Program-made: the position numbers and the translations under genes
Assembly (NCBI GenBank): GCA_038205135.1
Contig: JBBRCF010000003.1
Coordinates: 1,312 to 65,311, forward strand
From: Rhodobacterales bacterium
GTDB lineage: Bacteria > Pseudomonadota > Alphaproteobacteria > Rhodobacterales > Rhodobacteraceae
Reading direction: 5' to 3'
Length of the DNA: 64,000 nucleotides
The notes under the pieces: model-generated
The model's database searches: none
What the model saw: only the letters and a program-made list of their open reading frames with translations
Told to the model about the DNA's origin: nothing
Shown: piece by piece, positions 20,492 to 29,863 of the stretch
Position numbering within the stretch: the stretch's first letter is position 1
Layout of the letters: each line of letters starts with the position of its first letter

Positions 20492-21769
20492 TCAGGCGAC
20501 GCGCGCCCCGACCGTTGAACCGGGCGGTATCGTTGGCGGCGCGGCGTTCAGCCGTTCGATGGCAAAGCCCGCCGCCGCCTTGTAGCCGGCCATGAACGCG
20601 GCGCGCTCTGTGGCCGGGATCACCGCGTCGATATCGTCGAACACGCCGCCGCAACGGTCGTCCACGATGTTCAGCAACCCGAACGGTCCCGCGCCGCGGT
20701 TGCGCAGCACCAGATCCGACACCGGTTTGCACAGCCGCGCGGCATAGGCGGCAAGGGCTGCGGGCGTTGCACCATGGTCCAGCAGGCAGGCGCCGATGAC
20801 GCGGGCACCGATGATCGCCTGGCTGGCCCCATTCGACCCGGTGGGATACATCACATGCGCCGCGTCTCCCATCAAAGCCACGGGTCCATCGACCCATGTG
20901 GGCACCGGATCGCGGTCGATCATCGGGTATTCATAGACCTCGGATGCACCCTGCAACAGCGCGGGCACGTCCAGCCAGTCGAACCGCCAATCGGCAAAAT
21001 GATGTGCGAAACGGTCAAGGCCAACCTTGCGGTTCCAGTCGCCATCCCAGCCGCCGGTGTTGTCCATCGTCTGTTCCGCGATCCAGTTGATGGTGGCCAT
21101 CCCGTCGGCATCGCGGTGCGAAATCGGATAGATCACGATGCGGTGCAGGTGGGTGCCAAGCCCCACGAAGCTGGACCCGGTGCGGATCGGTTTCGCCCGC
21201 GCCACGCCACGCCACAGGATCGCTCCGCCCCATTGGATCGGGGGTTGCGCGGGGTACATCTGCGCGCGGATGCGGCTATGCAGCCCGTCGGCGGCGATCA
21301 GCAGGGTGCCGGGGATTGCTTCGGTGCCCTTGGCGGTGTCCACATGCGCCACCACGCCGTCCTTTGCGTGATCATAGCCGGTGACGCGCGCCCCGGTCCG
21401 CACGGCGTCCGGCCCCAGCCGGTCAAGCACGGTGCGATACAGCAGCATCTGCAGGTTGCCGCGATGCACGGCGTATTGCGGCCAGTGGTATCCCGCCCCC
21501 AATCCGCGCGGCTCGGCATAGATATCATGACCGTTGCGCCCCACCAGCGCCCATTCCCGCGCGGGAAGGCCGACGCGGTCCAGCGCATCGGCGCCGATGC
21601 CCAGATCATACAGTTCGCGCACCGCATTCGGTTGCAGGTTGATCCCAACGCCCAACGGTTTCAATTCCGCGACCGATTCCAGAACGGTACAGGCCACGCC
21701 GATCTGGTGCAGCGTCAAGGCCAGCGTCATGCCACCGATACCGCCGCCGGCGATCAGGATATGTGTCAT
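20492..21769 (-). CDS. FAD-dependent aromatic-ring monooxygenase family protein
   Basis: N-terminal GGGIGG dinucleotide fold, DG and GDAAH motifs; 425 aa. Confidence 0.85.
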   Translation of the reverse strand: MTHILIAGGGIGGMTLALTLHQIGVACTVLESVAELKPLGVGINLQPNAVRELYDLGIGADALDRVGLPAREWALVGRNGHDIYAEPRGLGAGYHWPQYAVHRGNLQMLLYRTVLDRLGPDAVRTGARVTGYDHAKDGVVAHVDTAKGTEAIPGTLLIAADGLHSRIRAQMYPAQPPIQWGGAILWRGVARAKPIRTGSSFVGLGTHLHRIVIYPISHRDADGMATINWIAEQTMDNTGGWDGDWNRKVGLDRFAHHFADWRFDWLDVPALLQGASEVYEYPMIDRDPVPTWVDGPVALMGDAAHVMYPTGSNGASQAIIGARVIGACLLDHGATPAALAAYAARLCKPVSDLVLRNRGAGPFGLLNIVDDRCGGVFDDIDAVIPATERAAFMAGYKAAAGFAIERLNAAPPTIPPGSTVGARVA

Positions 21770-21826
21770 GAAAACTCCGTTACTGGCGGCGTTCTAACGG
21801 CCGATGCGCAAAGGTCAAACCGGCGG

Positions 21827-22570
21827 TTACGCCAGCATGCCGCCGTCGCTGTCGTCGCCGGCTTCGTCCAGCAGGCGGCTGAAATCGGGCACGGTGACGT
21901 GGCGCTTGCCTGCCAGTTCGATCACCCCGTCGCGTTTCAGCGCCGACATCTGGCGGCTGACGGTTTCAAGCGTCAGGCCGAGGTAATCCGCCATCGCCTC
22001 GCGGGTCAGCGGCAGGTCGAACACCAGCACACCCTTGGCGGACCGCATGTTCAGCGATGCATCGCGCCGCGCGATGATGGTCAGCAGCGAGGCGATCTTT
22101 TCCCGCGCGGTTTTGCGGCCCAGAACCACCATCCATTCCCGCGCCGCATCCAGTTCGTCCAGTGTCATTTCCAGCAGGCGGTGCGCGATATGCGGCGTGC
22201 GTTCCATCATCTGTTCGAACGGGCGTTTACGGAAACAGCACATGACGAGGTCGGTGGTCGCGACCACATCATAAGGCGAGGTGTCGCGCCCCGGCCGGCC
22301 CACAAAATCCGACGGCAGTAGCAGACCCACCATCTGGGTGCGCCCGTCTTCCATCGTCAGAGTCAGTGTGGCGATGCCGGACACCACCGAGGCGACAAAC
22401 TCCATCCGGTCACCCGACCACAACACGTGGCTGCCGGCGTCATAGTGCCGATAATACTTGATTTCTTCCAGCAGGGTCAGTTCGGCAGGTTCACAACGCG
22501 CACAGACGGCACGGTGGCGGATCGGACAATCGCCGCATTCCTGCGAGACTTTCTGGGCTGAACTGCTCAT
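21827..22570 (-). CDS. fnrL: Crp/Fnr family oxygen-sensing regulator FnrL
   Basis: N-terminal Cys cluster (CGDCPIRHRAVCARC), cNMP-like domain and C-terminal HTH (REAMADYLGLTLETVSRQM). Divergent from hemN, as in Rhodobacter. Confidence 0.88.
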   Translation of the reverse strand: MSSSAQKVSQECGDCPIRHRAVCARCEPAELTLLEEIKYYRHYDAGSHVLWSGDRMEFVASVVSGIATLTLTMEDGRTQMVGLLLPSDFVGRPGRDTSPYDVVATTDLVMCCFRKRPFEQMMERTPHIAHRLLEMTLDELDAAREWMVVLGRKTAREKIASLLTIIARRDASLNMRSAKGVLVFDLPLTREAMADYLGLTLETVSRQMSALKRDGVIELAGKRHVTVPDFSRLLDEAGDDSDGGMLA

Positions 22571-22590
22571 TGCGATGACCCCGTTCGCGT

Positions 22591-22604
22591 TTGATCTGAG
22601 TCAA
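22591..22604. promoter_or_regulatory. FNR/FnrL box TTGATCTGAGTCAA in the fnrL-hemN divergent spacer
   Basis: Matches TTGAT-N4-ATCAA at 9 of 10 half-site positions. The centre is about 42 bp upstream of the hemN ATG. Confidence 0.8.
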
Positions 22605-22639
22605 AGTCTGACACTCGTACTTTGCGCTAACATGCAGCA

Positions 22640-23995
22640 ATGGACACAAAAGCACAACTTGCCCGACTGGGACTGTTTGACGCGAAAGTGCCGCGTTACA
22701 CAAGTTACCCAACGTCACCGCATTTTTCGGGGGCCATCGGTTCTGCCACTTTTGCTGACTGGGCGCGGGCCATTCCCGAAAACGGCGAGGTGTCACTGTA
22801 TGTGCATGTACCGTTTTGCCGACGATTGTGCTGGTTTTGCGCCTGCCGCACGCAGGGCACATCGACCGATTCGCCCGTCATCGCCTATCTGGAGGTGCTG
22901 AAGGCCGAATTGCGCATGCTGGGAGAAATCCTGCCATCGGGCGTGCGGCTGTCGCGGTTGCATTGGGGCGGTGGGACGCCGACGCTGTTGGGTCCCGGGT
23001 TGATCACCGATCTGGCCGCCGCGATCCGCGATGCGGCACCGTTTGCGCCGGACTACGAATTTTCGGTCGAAATTGACCCCTGCGAGGTGGACGATGCCCG
23101 CCTTGATGCGCTGGCCGCGGCGGGGATGAACCGCGCGTCGATCGGCGTGCAGGATTTCGATCCCGAGATCCAGAAAATGATTGGCCGCCCGCAAAGTTTC
23201 GAAGATACCCGCCGCGTCGTCGAAAGCATCCGGGCGCGCGGTGTCCACAGCCTGAACGCCGACATCCTGTTCGGACTGCCCCATCAGGACCGCGCAAAGA
23301 TCACCGATACGGTGCAGAAACTGTTGTCATTTTCGCCCGACCGGGTGGCGCTTTACGGCTATGCCCATGTGCCGTGGATGGCCAAGCGTCAGCAGATGAT
23401 CCCGTCCGATGCGCTGCCGACGCCGGAGGAACGGCTGGACCTGTTCGAAGCGGCGCGGCGCCTGTTTGTCTGGGACGGCTACAAGGAAATCGGCATAGAC
23501 CATTTCGCAAAGCCCGACGACGGCATGGCCCGTGCCCAGGCCACCGGGCAGTTGCGGCGGAATTTCCAAGGCTACACCCACGATCCGGCCACGGCGCTGA
23601 TCGGGGTCGGCGCGTCGTCGATTTCGCGGTTTCCGCAGGGGTACACGCAGAACCACGCCGCCACCGGGTCGCACACAGCCGCGATCCGGGCGGGACGGTT
23701 TTCAACCCACCGCGGTCATGCGTTCACCCCCGAGGATCTGCTGCGCGGCCGCATCATCGAGGCGCTGATGTGCGATTTTGTCGTCCGCCGCGCCGAGATC
23801 CTCGATACCCATGCGGTGAACGAAGAACGGCTGGATATGCTGCTGCGGGCGGCCTGCGAAAAATTCCCCGACATGCTGCGCTGCACCGACGAAGGGCTGT
23901 TCATCCCGCATGCGGCACGACCCCTGACCCGGATGATCGCGCGGCATTTCGATGCCTATGACCTGTCAAAATCCGGTCATTCATCAGCGATCTGA
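22640..23995 (+). CDS. hemN: Oxygen-independent coproporphyrinogen III oxidase (radical SAM)
   Basis: PRYTSYPT, radical-SAM CxxxCxxC (CRRLCWFC) and GGGTP motifs; 451 aa. Confidence 0.93.
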   Translation: MDTKAQLARLGLFDAKVPRYTSYPTSPHFSGAIGSATFADWARAIPENGEVSLYVHVPFCRRLCWFCACRTQGTSTDSPVIAYLEVLKAELRMLGEILPSGVRLSRLHWGGGTPTLLGPGLITDLAAAIRDAAPFAPDYEFSVEIDPCEVDDARLDALAAAGMNRASIGVQDFDPEIQKMIGRPQSFEDTRRVVESIRARGVHSLNADILFGLPHQDRAKITDTVQKLLSFSPDRVALYGYAHVPWMAKRQQMIPSDALPTPEERLDLFEAARRLFVWDGYKEIGIDHFAKPDDGMARAQATGQLRRNFQGYTHDPATALIGVGASSISRFPQGYTQNHAATGSHTAAIRAGRFSTHRGHAFTPEDLLRGRIIEALMCDFVVRRAEILDTHAVNEERLDMLLRAACEKFPDMLRCTDEGLFIPHAARPLTRMIARHFDAYDLSKSGHSSAI

Positions 23996-24000
23996 AGGGA

Positions 24001-24639
24001 TTACCGGACCGGGTCGAACCGTGCCCCGGTCAGGGTGCAATCGCGGATCACGTCGCGGCCGCAGGTCACCGGCGTCAGCGTTTTCGACAGGCACAGCCGC
24101 ACCTCCTGAATGTAGCCAGCCTTGCAGGTGACGGTCAGCATGTCGGGCTGCAACCCCGGATTGGCCGCCACGAACGCCTCTTCGATCAGCGAAGCGGGCA
24201 GTTTCACCGCTTTTTCAAGTTTGTGGAACGCCTGCGGGATGCGCACCGCCGCATAGGCGCGACGCGACAGATCGTAATAGCCACGGGCCGACAGCCCGGA
24301 ACACACGCCATGTTTTTTCCACTGATACCAGGCCAGCCCGGATGTGCCCATGATATCGGCCATGTCTTCGGTCATCCGGCGGGTCGGTTGTGGCTCCGTC
24401 GTGGGGCAGAACGCGGGCCAGCCCCGGTCGAATTGTGGCCAGAGCCCGTGCAGCACCCAGCCGAAATCCTCGCGCGGGTGACATTGCGGCGACGACCGCG
24501 CGTCGCCTTCCAGCGCGCACCAGTTCGGCGACCACGACAGCGCCATCACATAATAATCGAACACGCCCGCCTTTTCGCCATCCGCCTGCGCCCCGGTGGC
24601 AAAAAGGGCGGTCAGGACCAGCATTTTCAGAGCACGCAT
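24001..24639 (-). CDS. Ribonuclease T2 family protein (secreted)
   Basis: Signal peptide plus CAS-I-like HGLWPQ and the downstream WKKHG motif. Confidence 0.88.
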   Translation of the reverse strand: MRALKMLVLTALFATGAQADGEKAGVFDYYVMALSWSPNWCALEGDARSSPQCHPREDFGWVLHGLWPQFDRGWPAFCPTTEPQPTRRMTEDMADIMGTSGLAWYQWKKHGVCSGLSARGYYDLSRRAYAAVRIPQAFHKLEKAVKLPASLIEEAFVAANPGLQPDMLTVTCKAGYIQEVRLCLSKTLTPVTCGRDVIRDCTLTGARFDPVR

Positions 24640-24760
24640 TCACTCTTTCCTTCAAATTCCCCGCACAGTATAAGACATGCGATTTCCCCCACAATGGAAA
24701 CCGCCCCGCCGGGGCAGCGCCTTACCGGGCATTGTGGAAGCTTTGACTGGAGACTTTGCG

Positions 24761-25510
24761 ATGAACAAACCGATCATGGCCCGCGCCACGGCCGTCTGGC
24801 TGGTGGATAACACCTCGCTGACCTTCCGGCAGATCGCCGAATTCGCCGGCATGCATGAACTGGAAGTGCAGGGTATCGCTGACGGCGACGTTGCGGCCGG
24901 GGTCAAGGGGTTCGATCCCGTCGCCAACAGCCAGCTGGATGCCGCAGAGATCGAAAAGGGTGAAAAAGACCCGATCTACAAGCTCAAGCTGAAATTCAAT
25001 CCCGCAGCCGTCGGCGAGGAAAAACGCCGTGGCCCGCGCTATACGCCGCTGTCGAAACGGCAGGATCGCCCCGCCGCCATCCTGTGGCTGGTCAAATTTC
25101 ACCCGGAACTGACCGATGGCGTAATCGGCAAGCTGGTCGGCACCACGAAACCCACCATTCAGACCATCCGTGAACGGACCTACTGGAACATGCAGAACCT
25201 GACACCGACCGACCCGGTCGCGCTGGGGTTCTGCCGGCAATCCGAACTGGATACCGCCGTGCAGAAGGCCGCCGCGAAAAAGGCCGCCGAAGGCATGCCG
25301 ATTTCGGATGACGAACGCCGCAAGCTGTTGTCCACCGAAAAGAGCCTGACGGCCGAGCCCGCACAACCGCGCCTGTCCAAGGCGATCGAAGGGCTGGAAA
25401 CCTTCAGCCTGAACGATGATGACGACACCGATCCGAACGATGCGCGGTATAAAAACGCCGACAGCTTCTTTAACCTGCCGGATGAAGATGACGCCGACGA
25501 CCACCCGTGA
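24761..25510 (+). CDS. DUF1013-family protein (alphaproteobacterial cell-cycle regulator-like), acidic C-terminal tail
   Basis: The N-terminus MARATAVWLVDNTSLTFRQIAEFAGMHELEV resembles the DUF1013 family as I recall it. Confidence 0.7.
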   Translation: MNKPIMARATAVWLVDNTSLTFRQIAEFAGMHELEVQGIADGDVAAGVKGFDPVANSQLDAAEIEKGEKDPIYKLKLKFNPAAVGEEKRRGPRYTPLSKRQDRPAAILWLVKFHPELTDGVIGKLVGTTKPTIQTIRERTYWNMQNLTPTDPVALGFCRQSELDTAVQKAAAKKAAEGMPISDDERRKLLSTEKSLTAEPAQPRLSKAIEGLETFSLNDDDDTDPNDARYKNADSFFNLPDEDDADDHP

Positions 25511-25635
25511 CATCTGCGGCGTCATGATGACTTTTCCGGCGGCGTGATGGATCCGGAAATTGTCAAGGCACTGACCCTGCTGGACGCATTGCGCCGCCCG
25601 GTGACCGTGATGCGGCTTGGTGGGCAGAGCACCCT

Positions 25636-26211
25636 GTGCCGTCTCGCGCTGCAAGCTGGTGGGGCGGTAATTTCGTGGTTGCCGCACCGCAGGACGGCCT
25701 GATCCCGCTGTACCAGATAAAGGTCAGCGACTTGCTCCCCGATGTCGCCGCGCTGATTGGCGCAGACTATCTGCTGGTCTGGCATTCAGGGCGTGACCTG
25801 TTCACCGAAGGTGTGGTCGTCATGGCAGTGAACGCGCTGGCCAGCCTGCCGCCGGTCGAGGACCGCAGCAGCGCCCCCCAACTGCCGCTGTTCCAGATGT
25901 TTCCCGAACGCCCCGCTGAAACACAGATCCCGAGCTGGGAGGATTTCGTGGATCATATCCCCAGTGATGTGGCCCAGATGCGTGACGCGTCATGGTTCTT
26001 TACTGCCCCGGCCTATCTGGGCGAGCCGGATTGCCCGGTGATCATCGGTGGCTGGCCGCAATGGATACAGGGCAGCCAATGGCCGGACGGTGGCACATTC
26101 GTGCTGGAAATCCGGTCCACCGACAAGGGGCGGCTGTTTCTGGGCGATGGTGGGTCGCTTTATCTGTTCCAGACGGCAGAAGGCTGGTGCGTCTGGGGCG
26201 ATTGCAACTGA
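25636..26211 (+). CDS. DUF1963/YwqG-like protein, possibly frameshifted at its 5' end
   Basis: C-terminal GGWPQWIQ ... GDGGSLYLF pattern. The only start in this frame is GTG at 25636. A protein-like 51-codon ORF (25547-25702) overlaps it in another frame. Confidence 0.55.
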   Translation: MPSRAASWWGGNFVVAAPQDGLIPLYQIKVSDLLPDVAALIGADYLLVWHSGRDLFTEGVVVMAVNALASLPPVEDRSSAPQLPLFQMFPERPAETQIPSWEDFVDHIPSDVAQMRDASWFFTAPAYLGEPDCPVIIGGWPQWIQGSQWPDGGTFVLEIRSTDKGRLFLGDGGSLYLFQTAEGWCVWGDCN

Positions 26212-26215
26212 CCGC

Positions 26216-26608
26216 TCACGCGTCGGGTGGCACCACGGCAGTGCACAGTTCCACCAGCACGCCCTGCGGAGTCGCGACATAGCCTATGGTCTGGCCCCAG
26301 GGTTGCTGCGTCGCCGCCATCACCAGACGCGCGCCCGCCGCCACCGCATGGTCCAGCGCCGCCGCCACGTCAGCGGTTTCCAACGCGAGTTCGTAGCTGG
26401 GCATCGTCGCATCATGCAGCCGGGGCGATTTGCCCATTTGCGTCATCAGCGCCAGTGATGAAAACGCCAGCGTTGTAGCGCCGGTGGACATCTCGCCATA
26501 ATCGCCGCCCGGATGCAAAAAGCCTGGGGTCAGGCCAAAGGCGGTCGTGAAGAATGCCACCGTGTCCGGCACGCTTTCGACGTAAATGATGGCATAGCGG
26601 AACTGCAT
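26216..26608 (-). CDS. VOC/glyoxalase family protein
   Basis: 130 aa; length and beta-alpha-beta-beta-beta-type pattern fit the family. The start is at MQFRYAIIYV. Confidence 0.8.
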   Translation of the reverse strand: MQFRYAIIYVESVPDTVAFFTTAFGLTPGFLHPGGDYGEMSTGATTLAFSSLALMTQMGKSPRLHDATMPSYELALETADVAAALDHAVAAGARLVMAATQQPWGQTIGYVATPQGVLVELCTAVVPPDA

Positions 26609-26699
26609 GACGCCCCCATCCATTGTAATCGCCACATGTGCGCCACGGCATGCAAAGCCTGTCACCTGCCCTGTTCGGGATCTTGCGACAACCCCCCGG

Positions 26700-26916
26700 A
26701 GTTGCAAGAAAATCGCAGGTGCCGGGCAGCATAATTTTATTCGCCTGTCGTGAAAAATTCACTTGATCGAAACCCGCAAGGGTCATACGTCACGGCCACA
26801 AGACGCCAACGCACGCGCCTCTGGCCGGTGGGCCCAAATCCACCCGTGTTTACGTAGCGACGGTAACGTCTCCGTTGGAACTGGTCGGGCTTTGCCCGGG
26901 TCGTATGGAGATGACC
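26700..26916 (+). promoter_or_regulatory. Long structured 5' leader of ornithine decarboxylase (possible speF-type alphaproteobacterial leader RNA)
   Basis: 308-bp non-coding spacer with an AT-rich promoter-like stretch around 26735-26770. Several hairpins follow: ACCC-GCAA-GGGT at 26773-26784, GGTGG/CCACC at 26828-26845 and CGGGC-TTT-GCCCG at 26887-26899 just before the SD. Not verified against a covariance model. Confidence 0.3.
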
Positions 26917-28107
26917 ATGAACGCTTACGTAAACCCGCACGCGGGCGGCGCAGCCGTCTGCTCGATGTCCCGCCGCAGCAAATCTGCCCGGATCGAGGCG
27001 TATATTCGCTCGACCGAGTTTGATCGTCCGACTCTGGTGCTGGACACCGCGATCGTCGCCGATCAATATCGCGCGCTGAAGGCCGGTCTGGGCCGCGCCG
27101 ACATCCATTATGCTGTCAAGGCGAACCCGGAGCGCGACGTTATCGCCACCCTGATCGCTGAAGGATCGAATTTCGACGCAGCGTCGCGCGGCGAAATCGA
27201 ACTGTGCCTCGGTCTGGGGGCGCGGCCGGAAACGATTTCCTTTGGCAACACGGTCAAAAAACCCGCTGACATAGCTTTTGCGCATGCCGCCGGGATCACG
27301 CTGTTCGCCGCTGATTCGGACATGGAACTGGAAAAGATCGCCGCCCATGCGCCGGGCGCCGAGGTTTATATCCGCCTTCTGATGGGCACGACCGAGGCTG
27401 ACTGGCCGCTGTCGCGCAAATTCGGCACCACCGAAGGCGAAGTGAACGCCCTGCTGGGCTATGCCCGTCATCTGGGTCTGGTCCCCGTCGGCTTGTCGTT
27501 CCATGTCGGATCGCAGACCCGCAAGGCGACGATGTGGCGCGAAACGCTGGACCGCGTGTCGGACGTTTGGGCCTCGGCCCGACAGGCCGGTTTCGCGCTG
27601 AGCGTGATCAATATCGGTGGCGGGTTCCCGGCGTTTTACGGCGAAGAAATCGACGCGCCCGAGGCCTATGCGGCCGCCGTCATGGCGATGGTCGAACCGC
27701 GTTTCCCCGGTGCCACCCGCATCATGGCGGAACCGGGCCGTGGCATGGTGGCCGAAGCAGGCATGATCGCCGCCGAAGTGCTGCTGGTGTCACGCAAATC
27801 GGCGGATGACCTGCATCGCTGGGTGTATCTGGATATCGGCAAATTCTCGGGCCTGGCCGAAACCATGGACGAAGCGATCCGGTATCAGTTCACTACCGAC
27901 CGCGATCACGAAGATACCGGCCCCTGCATTATGGCCGGCCCGTCCTGCGACAGCGCCGATGTGCTGTATGAAAAGCGTCCGGTGCAGTTGCCGGTCGGTC
28001 TGGCCTGCGGCGACCGGATCATCATCCGCAACTGCGGCGCCTATACCACGACCTATTCGTCGGTCGCCTTCAACGGCTTTCCGCCGCTGGATGTCGTGGT
28101 GATCTGA
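26917..28107 (+). CDS. Ornithine/lysine decarboxylase, alanine-racemase-fold (group IV) PLP enzyme
   Basis: YAVKAN (PLP Lys), GGGFP, EPGR and CDS motifs. The ATG at 26917 is preceded by GGAG. Confidence 0.9.
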   Translation: MNAYVNPHAGGAAVCSMSRRSKSARIEAYIRSTEFDRPTLVLDTAIVADQYRALKAGLGRADIHYAVKANPERDVIATLIAEGSNFDAASRGEIELCLGLGARPETISFGNTVKKPADIAFAHAAGITLFAADSDMELEKIAAHAPGAEVYIRLLMGTTEADWPLSRKFGTTEGEVNALLGYARHLGLVPVGLSFHVGSQTRKATMWRETLDRVSDVWASARQAGFALSVINIGGGFPAFYGEEIDAPEAYAAAVMAMVEPRFPGATRIMAEPGRGMVAEAGMIAAEVLLVSRKSADDLHRWVYLDIGKFSGLAETMDEAIRYQFTTDRDHEDTGPCIMAGPSCDSADVLYEKRPVQLPVGLACGDRIIIRNCGAYTTTYSSVAFNGFPPLDVVVI

Positions 28108-28131
28108 CGGGATCCGAACCCCAAGGCTGCC

Positions 28132-28165
28132 AAGGGCGGATGCGTGCATCCGCCCTTGTTTTTTT
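28132..28165 (+). terminator. Rho-independent terminator after the decarboxylase gene
   Basis: AAGGGCGGAT...ATCCGCCCTT stem followed by GT7. Confidence 0.75.
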
Positions 28166-28174
28166 GCGCCGGCC

Positions 28175-29815
28175 TCAACGCATTGCGTTGAACTGGCGCG
28201 GGTGTACCTGACCCAGCCATGTTTCAGTCAACGGCGTGCCATCGCGGGTCAGGAATGCGCGCAGATCGGCGGTGTCCATGTCCGCCGGGGCGCGGATGTC
28301 GAAGATCAGCCGCCAGCGATCCGTGCCCACCACCGGCAGGGCATAGGGGTTCACGATCTCGACCCCCGCCGGCACGGTGATGTCGGGTATCACGCTATCA
28401 CCCTGACCCAGACCTTTCAGCGCGGGCCCGTCAAAGTCGATCACCACCTTGATCTGATCCGCCGGGCGCGGTTGGCCGGGCACGCCACCCTGCGCGATCC
28501 GCGTGGACACGGTATGCCCCAGCGTCATGCCATCCTGCACCGGGACTACATCGCTCCAGTACATCCGATACCCGACCGCCAGCTCTGTTCCCGCGACAGG
28601 CGGCACCGCCGGGTTCCAGAACGCGACGATATTGTCGTAGATCTCGTCATCCGTCGGGATTTCGACCAGTTGTACCGCGCCTGCACCCCAGTCATGGGTC
28701 GGTTCGATCCAGACGGCGGGCCGGCGGTCGTAGAACACGCCATCATCTTCGTAATTCGCAAACGCCCGGTCGCGCTGGATCAGACCGAACCCGCGCGGGT
28801 TCTGGTCGGCAAAGCTGGACGTCACCACGCGGTCGGGGTTGTTCAGGGGCCGCCAGATGTGTTCGCCGGTGCCGGACCAGATCATCAGCCCATCGGTGTC
28901 ATGCACCTCGGGCCGCCAATCCAGCGCCTGCGTGCGGTTGGTTTCGGAATACCAGAACATCGAGGTCAGCGGCGCGACCCCCAGCCGGTCCGCGCCGGCG
29001 CGGAAATACAGCCGGCTGTCGATATCCATCACCTGACCTTCGCCTGCGACATTCGACATCACCATGCGATAGGCGCCGGTCACGCGTTCGCTGTCCATCA
29101 GGGCGTGGATGGTGACGCGGCCATCCGGGGCCTCGCCGATGTAGAATTCGGTGAAACGCGGGAATTCCTCGGGCGTGGGCATGCCGGTGTCGATGGCCAG
29201 CGCGCGGGCGGATTGGCCATACTGGCGCAGCGCGCCATCGGTGCGGAAATAGGCGGCCCCCAGAAAGCTGATCCAGTCGGTTTGCAAGTCCGGCCGCATC
29301 AGGCGGAACCCGGCAAATCCGGCGCCGCGCGTCAGGGCGCGGGCCGGGCTGGTGTCGGGAATGTCGAAATAGCCGGTGTCATAGATCACCTCGCGCGCTG
29401 ATGTGGCATCGGTGACGAACATCTGCACCGGCTGGCGGAAAAAGGTGCCAAGGTGGAAAAACTGGATCGGGGTCTGGCCGACGGTCACCGTCGCCTCGGG
29501 ACGGAACCGGATGCGCCAATGCGCGTCATAATCGATCTTTTCCAGCACGTCGGGTTGTTCGACCGGGGTGGGCACATAGGGCGTGCGGGCCAGTGCGGCG
29601 GCGCGCGCCGCCAGCACGTCAAAGCTGAAGGGTTGCGGCGCGGTCAGGCCGGGTCGCGCCGGGGTCTGCACGATGGGTTGTGCGGTGGTTTGGGTTGCAG
29701 TTTGGGCCGCGGTTTGAGCTTGCGCCGACAGGGCGCACAGCGCGGTTAGCAGGACGGCGCACAGACGGGACAGGTTGGGGGACAAGGTCGCCTCCGAAGC
29801 GGGTTGCATTCGCAC
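28175..29815 (-). CDS. Periplasmic glucan biosynthesis protein, MdoG/OpgG-OpgD family
   Basis: 546 aa with a signal peptide and family-typical blocks (FRLMRP, YFRA, WIEP). Confidence 0.85.
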   Translation of the reverse strand: MRMQPASEATLSPNLSRLCAVLLTALCALSAQAQTAAQTATQTTAQPIVQTPARPGLTAPQPFSFDVLAARAAALARTPYVPTPVEQPDVLEKIDYDAHWRIRFRPEATVTVGQTPIQFFHLGTFFRQPVQMFVTDATSAREVIYDTGYFDIPDTSPARALTRGAGFAGFRLMRPDLQTDWISFLGAAYFRTDGALRQYGQSARALAIDTGMPTPEEFPRFTEFYIGEAPDGRVTIHALMDSERVTGAYRMVMSNVAGEGQVMDIDSRLYFRAGADRLGVAPLTSMFWYSETNRTQALDWRPEVHDTDGLMIWSGTGEHIWRPLNNPDRVVTSSFADQNPRGFGLIQRDRAFANYEDDGVFYDRRPAVWIEPTHDWGAGAVQLVEIPTDDEIYDNIVAFWNPAVPPVAGTELAVGYRMYWSDVVPVQDGMTLGHTVSTRIAQGGVPGQPRPADQIKVVIDFDGPALKGLGQGDSVIPDITVPAGVEIVNPYALPVVGTDRWRLIFDIRAPADMDTADLRAFLTRDGTPLTETWLGQVHPRQFNAMR

Positions 29816-29863
29816 GTCGCAGTGCCGTGGCGGCGCGCGGAAATCAAGCGCTGTCGCGGGGGA

